A stretch of 64,000 nucleotides of DNA from assembly GCA_016704325.1 (NCBI GenBank), contig JADJAG010000012.1:105500-169499 (forward strand), read 5' to 3'. The notes beneath the pieces are model-generated. The model ran no database searches. It was not told where the DNA came from and worked only from the letters and a program-made list of their open reading frames with translations. The DNA comes from Chitinophagaceae bacterium (GTDB lineage Bacteria > Bacteroidota > Bacteroidia > Chitinophagales > UBA10324). Numbering within the stretch: the stretch's first letter is position 1; each line of letters opens with the position of its first letter. A program made the position numbers and the translations under genes. Shown one piece after another: positions 47,830 to 56,504 of the stretch.

Positions 47830-50679
47830 CTATTGCAGTTCAGGTTTTAATTTTTTGTAAGGTTCATTCGATCCGATATACGTGTTCCATTCTTCCGTAG
47901 TGAAGTTGCGGGTGATTTCATTCAGCAACAGGGTGCTGAGGTGTTCTGTTTTTAAATCAAATTGCCTGATGGCGTTATCAGCGCATGCAACAAAGACCTT
48001 TCCATCAGGAGAAAGCGTAAGTGCCAGCACTTGCCGGTTGATATCCTTTATTACAATAGGTTTCAAAGCAAGGTTGGCAAGATTATAGACATAGATTGAC
48101 CGGTTGCCAGATACAGAAACCAATACATTCAGGGTTTCATCAATGGCTATGAAATCGACACTATTAGTATTATCGGTAAGAATTTTTACGAGGTCTCCTT
48201 TGTGATTATAGAGATGAATTTTTCCATCAGAACTTCCGAAACCGAGAAAGTTACCATTGGTACTGTAGGTACCAGACTGTATTCTTGCCGGTCCATTATT
48301 TCCGATCAATTTCTTTGAACTGGAAGGAATGTGTTGCAAGTACATTTTGCCATCCTCGGTGCCAACAGCCAGTGTGTTTTTATCGTTGCTCATTCCAAGT
48401 GATTTAATACGGGTCTCAAATGGATATTTTTGCAGCGCTGTATTTTGTGACCAAACAATAACGGTGCTGTCACGTCCTCCCGTTGCAAACAGGCTTTCAT
48501 CATGGCTAAAGGCAGCATCACGCACCAAACCGCGATGACCCGTTAGGCGCGGAGAAACAATCTGCTTTTCTGAATCATAGAAGAGAATAGAATGATCTTC
48601 ATAAGCAGCAATGGCCAACTTTCCGTGTTGACAGAGATAGCCCGTATTCAACATCATGTTATTACCCGGTATTTGCAATGTCTTTTGCAAAGAATATTCG
48701 GTGGAAGAATACCGGGATAATGATCCGTCGATGCACAAAACAGCAATGCTCTTGCCTTCGTTATCAAAGGCAATGGTTTTCACTTCTTTTCTAGCCTGGA
48801 TAATAATCGGTTGAAAGCCCGTATCCATTTTTTTCAGGTTTTCATAAAGTGCACTATAAAGTTCAGGATCCTGTGTATTCCCGCCGTTTGCTTCACTCAG
48901 CAAATAGGATTCGCACGCTAACAATGCGGCAAGTTGTTTATCATTGGTAGCTTGAAGCGATTGAAAAGCAAGTGCCTGGCTTAATGCAAGCTGGCGCAGG
49001 CGATTTGCTTCCGACTGTGCGGAGTCTGCTTTCTGCCGTTGCACTTCTGCTTCACGTGTCTTCTGTTCGGCCACCTGCTTCTCCTGTAAAGCAATTTGTT
49101 GCTGGGCGATGGCAAACTCCGACTGCTCACTTGCTTTTAATGCTTCTTGCTCTGCAATTATTTTCTGTTCTCCGGCAATCTTTGATTGTTGCTCCGCATA
49201 TAGTTTAGCTTCTACAGCCTGTTTTGATGAAAGCAGTGCCAGTTCGTTTGATTTTTCCGCAAGGTCTTTTTGATTAAGGGCTTCCTGTGTTTTTTGACTG
49301 GCAATTTCCGTTTGTATCATAGCTTCATTACGTTGCCTGATGGAAAAAACTGTGAAGCCCGAGAGAATGATGATCAATGCAAGGCTTGCTCCCAGCGCCA
49401 CATTTCTTCGACGGTTTCTTTTTCTGCGAACGGTGCGTTTGCTTTTATCAATGAACTGTTTCTGTTCCGGATTTAGAAACAGCTTGTTTTCAAATGGTGC
49501 CAGGTATTGCAGGTCAGCATCGCCCAGCAGGATGGAACGTTTCTGAAAATCGTTGTAGCGGTTGATGATAAAGTGGCGCACTTCCAGCAACTGTTTTTCC
49601 ACCCAACTTATTTGGTCATAGATTTTTGCAGCCAATGCATCATGCCGTAATTCATACTTGCCGTTGTCATCCATTTCTTTAAGGATGCGAAGGTCAACGA
49701 ATTGACGAAGTTCCGGTTCTATGTCCTCCTGCGTCAGCTCTTTACCTAATGCCCTGGTAAAATCGATAATCTCAGAAAGAGACATCTGTTTTTTAGTGCC
49801 TTCATCAGAAACAAAAGATTTCAGGATGGCAAGGGTATTTTCCGGGCTTTTTGTTTTTGCAATTTGTTCATCCAGGAATTCCGCAAGCACATCAGTAATC
49901 TGTCCCGTGCGTTCCAGTAATGCTTCATTGAAAACAGGATGCGCAGGATCGGAAATCACAGCCTCTTTATAAAGTTTATCAAGATATACCTGCAGGTAGG
50001 TAAGCTCCACCGCCGATTTTTCACTGCCTAACCGTTCCAATACTTTTTCCGGAAAATTGTCAGCTACTTCCAGGTTGAAAAGGCCGGCTGGTTCGGTAAT
50101 CACACGCTTTGCATTGGCGCGTGTCATGCGTTCGATGTGAATACGGTTATTGAAAAAGTCAGGTATTTGATCTTCAAACCTGGCAATATGTTCAAGATAT
50201 TCCCCGCGAATGACAAATATGAATTTGCAGCTTAGTCCACTTCCCAATGCCTCATGAAGTGCTTTTACAAACTGTTCCATTTCGGCATCGGATCCGAAAA
50301 TGAATAACTCTTCAAACTGATCGAACAATAAGTAAACAGGTTTGAAGTAATCGAGGTAAACGGATTTGATATTTTGAGAGAGGGAATTCTTTTCTGACAA
50401 AGGCACCAGGGATAAGCCCACCAATGCTTTTCTTAAAGAATCGTTGATGTTGGCGCCACGCCTGATTAGAACCGGCATCCAGTCGGCATCCTGGAACTTT
50501 CCTGCGAGTCCGCACTGAATCAGGCTGGTCTTTCCTGTTCCGCTGGATCCGTATACCAGCAACAGGTTACTGTCGAATGTTTTGTAGTATAGTTCTTCCA
50601 CTTCCCGTTCGCGGCCGAAGAAGATATCGCGATCTTCGCTGGTATAAGAGTCGAGAAATTTGAAGGGGGTTTTCGCCAT
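47830..50679 (-). CDS. Membrane-anchored P-loop (STAND-like) NTPase, then TM helix, coiled coil and WD40 repeats
   Basis: N-terminus is PFKFLDSYTSEDRDIFFGREREVEELY. Walker A GSSGTGKTS (nt 50527-50553). Walker B VYLLFDQFEE. Basic stretch RRKRNRRRN followed by VALGASLALIIILSGFTVFSI (nt ~49339-49401). Q/E/A-rich coiled coil. C-terminal WD40-like repeats (..GHRGLVRDAAFSHDESLFATGGRDSTVIVW..). Confidence 0.8.
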   Translation of the reverse strand: MAKTPFKFLDSYTSEDRDIFFGREREVEELYYKTFDSNLLLVYGSSGTGKTSLIQCGLAGKFQDADWMPVLIRRGANINDSLRKALVGLSLVPLSEKNSLSQNIKSVYLDYFKPVYLLFDQFEELFIFGSDAEMEQFVKALHEALGSGLSCKFIFVIRGEYLEHIARFEDQIPDFFNNRIHIERMTRANAKRVITEPAGLFNLEVADNFPEKVLERLGSEKSAVELTYLQVYLDKLYKEAVISDPAHPVFNEALLERTGQITDVLAEFLDEQIAKTKSPENTLAILKSFVSDEGTKKQMSLSEIIDFTRALGKELTQEDIEPELRQFVDLRILKEMDDNGKYELRHDALAAKIYDQISWVEKQLLEVRHFIINRYNDFQKRSILLGDADLQYLAPFENKLFLNPEQKQFIDKSKRTVRRKRNRRRNVALGASLALIIILSGFTVFSIRQRNEAMIQTEIASQKTQEALNQKDLAEKSNELALLSSKQAVEAKLYAEQQSKIAGEQKIIAEQEALKASEQSEFAIAQQQIALQEKQVAEQKTREAEVQRQKADSAQSEANRLRQLALSQALAFQSLQATNDKQLAALLACESYLLSEANGGNTQDPELYSALYENLKKMDTGFQPIIIQARKEVKTIAFDNEGKSIAVLCIDGSLSRYSSTEYSLQKTLQIPGNNMMLNTGYLCQHGKLAIAAYEDHSILFYDSEKQIVSPRLTGHRGLVRDAAFSHDESLFATGGRDSTVIVWSQNTALQKYPFETRIKSLGMSNDKNTLAVGTEDGKMYLQHIPSSSKKLIGNNGPARIQSGTYSTNGNFLGFGSSDGKIHLYNHKGDLVKILTDNTNSVDFIAIDETLNVLVSVSGNRSIYVYNLANLALKPIVIKDINRQVLALTLSPDGKVFVACADNAIRQFDLKTEHLSTLLLNEITRNFTTEEWNTYIGSNEPYKKLKPELQ

Positions 50680-50685
50680 TTTTCA

Positions 50686-51720
50686 TCATGCTGTAACACG
50701 CGGAGAATCAAGAATGCTATTGATCATATCATTAAACTGCTGCAAAAGATCCGGGTAACTGCTTAATTGGGACAAGTCACATTTCTCCGTTACTTCTGTG
50801 CCTACATAATGCAGTTTTCCATATTGAAATTTGGTGTAAAGAAAAATGTCTTTCTTGATAGAAAACTTTTCCTTCTGGTCGATCACTTCTGTTCTTGTGT
50901 CAATTATAAGCGGCGAGAGATTCAGGTATTCATGAGGCTCATTAATGTCCTTGAGTAATAGCACGGCATTGCTGTCTGCAAATATTCCATGTTGAACTTC
51001 TGTGCCTTTAAAGTCAGAATCGGAACTATTCAATAAGTCCATCAGGTGATTGAAAGATGCATTGCGGTGTTTCTTTTTCAAAACATTGATCTGCCGAACT
51101 GTAACCAGTTTATAGTTGATGAAAAAGGAAATATGCTGCAGGATAGACGAAAGTTTTTCCTGGTATTCCACACAGCGCTTTTCAATCTCATCAGTAGTAA
51201 GGTTGATCTGGTAATGGCCGATTTCATTTCTTTCCGGTACCCAGAAATCAAGCAGTTCAAAGAAGTTATTGCTGAAGCAGGTACTCTTGCCCGTAAAGTG
51301 TGACGTTTGTGATTCTGTGAATACTTTGCAGATTGCCCTGATCAGCCATGAATAACTTCCGAGTGTGAGTTGGTTAAACCTGTTTTGAAACTGCAACATG
51401 AAGTCATCAGACAAAACAACCTTATTTTTCAACCGCTCTTCCCATAACTGCGCGACCAATACGAAGGAAAGGAATTGCATGGTTCGTTCAATGGTTTTAA
51501 ACACCTGGTCCAGTCTCCCGCGATCGAGGTTGCGCATGGAACCAGAAAATAGCCGGCGTAACTCCACACCAATTGGCCAGGGCAGATTACGAATGATGAG
51601 GTCGCCAAGTATCCTGGTATCCACTTCTTCATCCACTTCGTCAGCAATCAGGTATTTCTGTAATATAGGTTTGTGTTCAGCCATCCTGGAGAATACATCC
51701 CTGATGAGTAGCTCATTCAT
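50686..51720 (-). CDS. Hypothetical alpha-helical protein with Rx4H (HEPN-like) motif, first gene of the STAND operon
   Basis: The ATG at 51720 gives MNELLIRDVF (the track start 51753 is TTG). ERNEIGHY is at nt 51214-51231. Its stop is 6 nt from the NTPase start. Confidence 0.6.
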   Translation of the reverse strand: MNELLIRDVFSRMAEHKPILQKYLIADEVDEEVDTRILGDLIIRNLPWPIGVELRRLFSGSMRNLDRGRLDQVFKTIERTMQFLSFVLVAQLWEERLKNKVVLSDDFMLQFQNRFNQLTLGSYSWLIRAICKVFTESQTSHFTGKSTCFSNNFFELLDFWVPERNEIGHYQINLTTDEIEKRCVEYQEKLSSILQHISFFINYKLVTVRQINVLKKKHRNASFNHLMDLLNSSDSDFKGTEVQHGIFADSNAVLLLKDINEPHEYLNLSPLIIDTRTEVIDQKEKFSIKKDIFLYTKFQYGKLHYVGTEVTEKCDLSQLSSYPDLLQQFNDMINSILDSPRVTA

Positions 51721-51809
51721 AGGTTGATCCGATAATCCAAATGATGCAACCAATTTAGTAATAATATTTAGTATTTATTCTCAAAAGTTGACTGAATTAA
51801 AACTGGTTA

Positions 51810-51882
51810 GCCAAAAGTATAGCGGCGTTGCCAATAGGTTATCCCTGAATACCGGTATTTTGGTTATCCCTGAAATCAGGGA
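51810..51882 (-). promoter_or_regulatory. Promoter cassette copy G, oriented toward the minus-strand STAND operon
   Basis: Read on the minus strand: tccctgatttcaggga, then 47 nt (taacc aaaatacc ggtattca gggata ...), then tacttttg (plus-strand 51812-51819, a perfect TAnnTTTG). The spacer is 15/22 identical to the attttaccggaattctgtgatg block of the plus-strand copies. Confidence 0.6.
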
Positions 51883-52350
51883 TGAGCAAACCAATAGTAA
51901 AGTCTGTTTTTAAACATCCTGGTATATGTTTGCAGGTACAGCTGAATTATAAACGATGCCAGCCCGGTTGCGTGTTGCACTTGATAGTTTGCGTTATATT
52001 TTATCAGATCAGGATTTTACTTAATTGCTGTCAAAAATGTTTGCGTAACACGATTCCCACACTGTAGATATTGATTCTCATACAACATCACCACACAAAG
52101 CTTTCTGCCTGTGTTGATGAAGGGAATGATTTTTTCTGTATTCAGTTCTTGAATTAGTGTTGCTGATTTTACACCTGAACAGGAATGTTGCAATGGAGTC
52201 TGTGCTGATATCAAGTTGTGATATGCTCATAACTCCTGATGTTTCAGTTACACCAATCAGATTTTCTTGCATTACAGGATAGCAGGTATTCTGAAGACTT
52301 ATGTAAGAAGGATCCGGAAAACATAAAGCATAAAGGAAAACGGATGACAA

Positions 52351-54336
52351 ATGAGAATGTTTACAATACTGTTTGCATTATTAGTTGCTACTCATACTAT
52401 TTCAGGGCAGACAACAGCACCTGCCATACTTTGGCAAAAACTTCTTGGAGGAAATCTCGGCGAAGAGGCCCGTTATATACAATTAACTCCCGATGGTGGT
52501 TGTGTATTCACCGGCTTTGCACGATCTGCCAATGGTGATGTGACAGTTAACAAAGGAGATGATGATTTATGGGTTGTGAAATTAGATGAGAATGGTGGAA
52601 TACAATGGCAGCATACATTTGGCGGTACCGGCCAGGAGTGGGGCAGACACATTCAGCTAACTGCTGATGGCGGTTATATCCTGGCGGGACACAATACTAC
52701 CGCAAATGAAAATGGAGATGTACATGGCAACCAGGGAGGTTTTGATTTCTGGATTTTGAAATTGAGCAACTCCGGGCAATTGGAATGGCAGCAATCACTT
52801 GGTGGCTCATCCCTCGACCTGGCATACAGGATACAACAAACCGCAGACGGTAATTATGTAGTATTTGGCGGAACAAAATCTATTGATGGAGACGTAACAG
52901 GAAAGATTACTTCGGATGCAGATTATTGGTTGGTAAAGCTGGATCCGGAAGGTAACATCTTGTGGGAAAAGACAATCGGGGGTATTGGACATGAAGAAGG
53001 AAGCTCTATTGAATTAACCTATGATGGAGGCTTCATACTCTCTGGTTTTTCTGATTCCAAAAATGGCGATGTAACAGGCAATCACGGCGATTTTGATGCA
53101 CACCTGGTAAAGACAGATAGTGACGGAAACATACAATGGTCTAAGTGTTATGGTGGAATATACAATGATGCAGCAAGGGATGCCCGGCAGACTGCAGACG
53201 GTGGTTATATTATGGCCGGTTACACGAATTCCGATGATGGTGAGGTGATTGGCAATCATGGCGGACAGGATGCATGGGTGGTGAAATTGGATGCAGATGG
53301 ATTTATTCAATGGCAGAAACCACTTGGCGGCAGTTCATTGGAATATGCATATTATGCTGAGCAGGCACGCGATAATAGTGGTTATTTAATAGTCGGACAC
53401 AACGGATCTGATGATGGTGATGTTACCGGCAATCATGGATTATATGATTGCTGGGTCGTGAAACTTGACGCGGAGGGTAATCTGATTTGGCAAAAATCCC
53501 TGGGAGGATCGGACCAGGATTATGGCAGGGCCGTCACCCAGACCTATACTGGCGATTATTTGATATCCGGTTATGCAAGTTCAATTGATGGAGATGTTTG
53601 TGGCAAGCATGGAGGGCCGGGATCAAAGGACGCCTGGATTGTTAAACTGCAGGGTAATTGCTTACTTCAACCCTATTACCGGGACAATGATGGTGACAGC
53701 TATGGGGATCCGGCTGTTTCAACAAATAGCTGTGTACCCCCTCCGGAATTCGTGTCTAATAGTTCAGACTGCAATGATGACAGTACCCATATTCATCCCA
53801 ATGCAGATGAACTTTTCAATGGAATTGACGATGATTGTGATGTTGACATTGATGAAGGATGGCGTACTCCAATTAATAGCAGTGTACCTGTTCCTGGTAT
53901 AGAAAACATACAGATGTATAGTAATTCTATTGTTAATTTATTTGGAGCTGTTATGGATTCTGTGGATAGGAATGAAAAACAAGCACTTTCCGGTGTAGAA
54001 GAAAATAAAACGGATAACTCACCGAATCATTTTTTCGACAATTCCAGCTTGACCGAAATAATGAATGCGGTAGTACTGCAATCAATAAACATCTATCCCA
54101 ACCCGGTAACCACAATAATGCTGCTGTCCTTTTTCTTAGATAAGCCAATAGTTGTTGAAATAGCGCTCTTGAATGCCATTGGCAAACCAATAGCTACTAT
54201 CACAAAGGCTGAGTTTGCTGCAGGCAACCATGAATTTAACTTTAATCGCGGATCACTTGATACGGGAATCTATTTCCTGCAACTGAGAACTCATGACGGT
54301 GCAATTATGAAGAAAATAATTTTGGCACAGTACTAA
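52351..54336 (+). CDS. 58-aa-repeat secreted protein plus MopE-like motif plus T9SS CTD (paralog of 41473-43482)
   Basis: Signal peptide present. Collinear with the 41473 protein (ILWQKLLGGNLGEEARYIQLTPDGGCVFTGFARS...). YRDNDGDSYGD...DCNDDSTHIHP. CTD is IYPNPVTTIMLL...GIYFLQL. Confidence 0.85.
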   Translation: MRMFTILFALLVATHTISGQTTAPAILWQKLLGGNLGEEARYIQLTPDGGCVFTGFARSANGDVTVNKGDDDLWVVKLDENGGIQWQHTFGGTGQEWGRHIQLTADGGYILAGHNTTANENGDVHGNQGGFDFWILKLSNSGQLEWQQSLGGSSLDLAYRIQQTADGNYVVFGGTKSIDGDVTGKITSDADYWLVKLDPEGNILWEKTIGGIGHEEGSSIELTYDGGFILSGFSDSKNGDVTGNHGDFDAHLVKTDSDGNIQWSKCYGGIYNDAARDARQTADGGYIMAGYTNSDDGEVIGNHGGQDAWVVKLDADGFIQWQKPLGGSSLEYAYYAEQARDNSGYLIVGHNGSDDGDVTGNHGLYDCWVVKLDAEGNLIWQKSLGGSDQDYGRAVTQTYTGDYLISGYASSIDGDVCGKHGGPGSKDAWIVKLQGNCLLQPYYRDNDGDSYGDPAVSTNSCVPPPEFVSNSSDCNDDSTHIHPNADELFNGIDDDCDVDIDEGWRTPINSSVPVPGIENIQMYSNSIVNLFGAVMDSVDRNEKQALSGVEENKTDNSPNHFFDNSSLTEIMNAVVLQSINIYPNPVTTIMLLSFFLDKPIVVEIALLNAIGKPIATITKAEFAAGNHEFNFNRGSLDTGIYFLQLRTHDGAIMKKIILAQY

Positions 54337-54651
54337 ATAGTGCTATGGTCAACTACTAAATTAGAGACCATAAGCATTTTTTAAATCGTTGTTCTGAAAT
54401 TCACGGCCATACTGTTTCATGTTCAGAGAAGACATGGTATTTTGAAGATCACTTTTCATATTTACGCCTCAGAAAGTAGCATAGGCAAATTATCTGTGTT
54501 ATAGCTGATATTAATCATAGCTGTAACAGGGATAGGTTGATTATTTTAGCTCCGTATATTGATTGAAATAAATGTAATTCATATGCTGATGCTGATTCTG
54601 AGAGAGAAGTGATTCATTTGATTGGCAGAAGTGTATATAAAATGAGATTTT

Positions 54652-56049
54652 ATGAAACAATCATTGCTGGAACACTTTCACTCTAAACAGGAAAGCATCG
54701 AAGATAGAATTGATAAGGGAAAGGCGTTGCGTAAGAAGATTCCCCGTTTGCTGCATGCTGATTATAAGCCTTCATCGGACCGAAGGGATCCGGTGTCCAT
54801 TTTGGAGAAGCAGGCCGAAACAAGGCTTCCTGACCTGGTGCCCATTCGCCATGCGCGTATGCTCACCTCCCCATTTGCTTTTTTGCGTGGCGCAGCAGCT
54901 ATCATGGCAGGCGACCTGGCAACCGGAGTTAACACCGGAATCACAGTGCAAGCTTGTGGTGATATGCATGTAGCTAATTTTGGCGTATTCGCTTCGGCAG
55001 AGCATAACCTGGTTTTTGGGATCAATGATTTTGATGAAACACTTCCGGGCCCGTGGGAATGGGATTTAAAACGCCTGGCGACAAGTGTAGTAACATCCGG
55101 GAAATTCCTGGGCGCAAATAAGCAATTGTGTAAAGACGCGGTGATGGAGACGGTGAGGTCCTACCGGGAACGTATTCGCAAATACGCATCGAAAGGAAAC
55201 CTGGAACTATGGTATTCAACTATTGGTGAAAAAGATATCCTTGATGCATTGTCACCCTCTGCCCGGGAAGGTGCTGTTAGGATGATCAGTAAAGCGCGCG
55301 GCGCAACTCATATGCAGGTGTTGGGTAAACTCACCGACCTGGTCGATGATCAGTTCCGGTTACGGGTAAATGCACCGTTTATTGTCAGGGAAGCACATAC
55401 GCAGGCAGGCAGGCCGATCAATGAGGCCCTGGAAATGTTTTTAGCGGCTTACTTTAAGTCACTTTCTGATGACCGGAAGCATCTGTTGAAACACTATCGT
55501 ATTGAAGATGTTGCCCGTAAAATTGTAGGAGTTGGCAGCGTAGGTACCCGTTGCTGGATAATTTTTCTTACCGGCACTGATGAAAATGATCCTTTTTTCC
55601 TTCAATTGAAGGAGGCACAGCCTTCCGTACTTGAACCATATCTTTCAAAAACGATTTACGAAAACCAGGGACGCCGTGTCGTGGAAGGCCAGCGGCTGAT
55701 ACAGGGAGCTCCCGATATTTTTCTCGGATGGGGGGAAATTGACGGCATACATTTTTATGTGCGTCAGCTAAGAGATATGAAAGGAGGTGTAGACTTTGAT
55801 CCGGAAAAGGTAAAAGTGAAAAACCTGCCGCAATATGGTGCCCTTTGCGGGTGGGCGCTGGCATTGGCACATGCAAAATCAGGAGATGCAGCATTGCTTT
55901 CCGGTTATTTGGGTAGCTCAGATGAAATTGATGAAGCAATAACTCAATACGCATTCGCATATGATGAACAGAATGAGAAGGACTTCAAAGTCTTCAATGA
56001 GGCCGTCTCCAGTGGAAGATTGAAAGCATCTATTGCGGAAGCGCAGTGA
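54652..56049 (+). CDS. DUF2252 family protein
   Basis: DRRDPVSILEKQAETRLPDLVPIRHARMLTSPFAFLRGAAAIMAGDLA...VQACGDMHVANFG. I recall this pattern as DUF2252. Confidence 0.75.
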   Translation: MKQSLLEHFHSKQESIEDRIDKGKALRKKIPRLLHADYKPSSDRRDPVSILEKQAETRLPDLVPIRHARMLTSPFAFLRGAAAIMAGDLATGVNTGITVQACGDMHVANFGVFASAEHNLVFGINDFDETLPGPWEWDLKRLATSVVTSGKFLGANKQLCKDAVMETVRSYRERIRKYASKGNLELWYSTIGEKDILDALSPSAREGAVRMISKARGATHMQVLGKLTDLVDDQFRLRVNAPFIVREAHTQAGRPINEALEMFLAAYFKSLSDDRKHLLKHYRIEDVARKIVGVGSVGTRCWIIFLTGTDENDPFFLQLKEAQPSVLEPYLSKTIYENQGRRVVEGQRLIQGAPDIFLGWGEIDGIHFYVRQLRDMKGGVDFDPEKVKVKNLPQYGALCGWALALAHAKSGDAALLSGYLGSSDEIDEAITQYAFAYDEQNEKDFKVFNEAVSSGRLKASIAEAQ

Positions 56050-56504
56050 GCAGGTAATGAGTTGATTTTCTTTCAACACTATGTTTCTGTAAGAGATAGA
56101 ACCTTTCAAAAAAGAATAAACGCGAAGTCGCTAAGTCGTCAGGTTTTTTTGGAAGCATTGATAACTCATTGCTTGTCGCTTATGATCAATTAGTGTAGTT
56201 AATCCGTACTCGCGCTCCCTCAACGTTTTATTTTTTTTGTAGTATTACAAGTACTTATAATTTGTGATGTGAACCATATTAACTACTGAAGGTTTCTCAG
56301 CATACAAATTTATTAATACGGCAACTATCGAGGCGATATTCACTTTAATGGAGAAGCTTTTATTCCACGAAGTTGTATGATTCATCCTATGTCTTATGAT
56401 GGAGGTCATTGCTACAGTTGATGCCGATCACATTTTATCGGAAAGGCCTCGGTTAATTTTGCCTGTTACCTTATAACAAGGTGAACTTAAAAAAAACTAT
56501 AGTT

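Noticed and set aside
20355-51882. Palindromes as nothing more than Rho-independent terminators or REPs
   Set aside because: Several lie just after stop codons and could form 6-8-bp hairpins, but they lack a following T-run. Six copies have an exactly phased 48-nt conserved spacer and a -7-like box, which a terminator does not need. A dual function is not excluded (see copy F).
24628-53902. Many 60-110-aa alternate-frame ORFs inside the repeat genes (e.g. 24628-24948, 31252-31497, 33715-34014, 42782-43072, 53573-53902)
   Set aside because: These are by-products of biased D/G/N-rich repeat coding sequence. Each is fully nested in a longer ORF with recognisable repeats.
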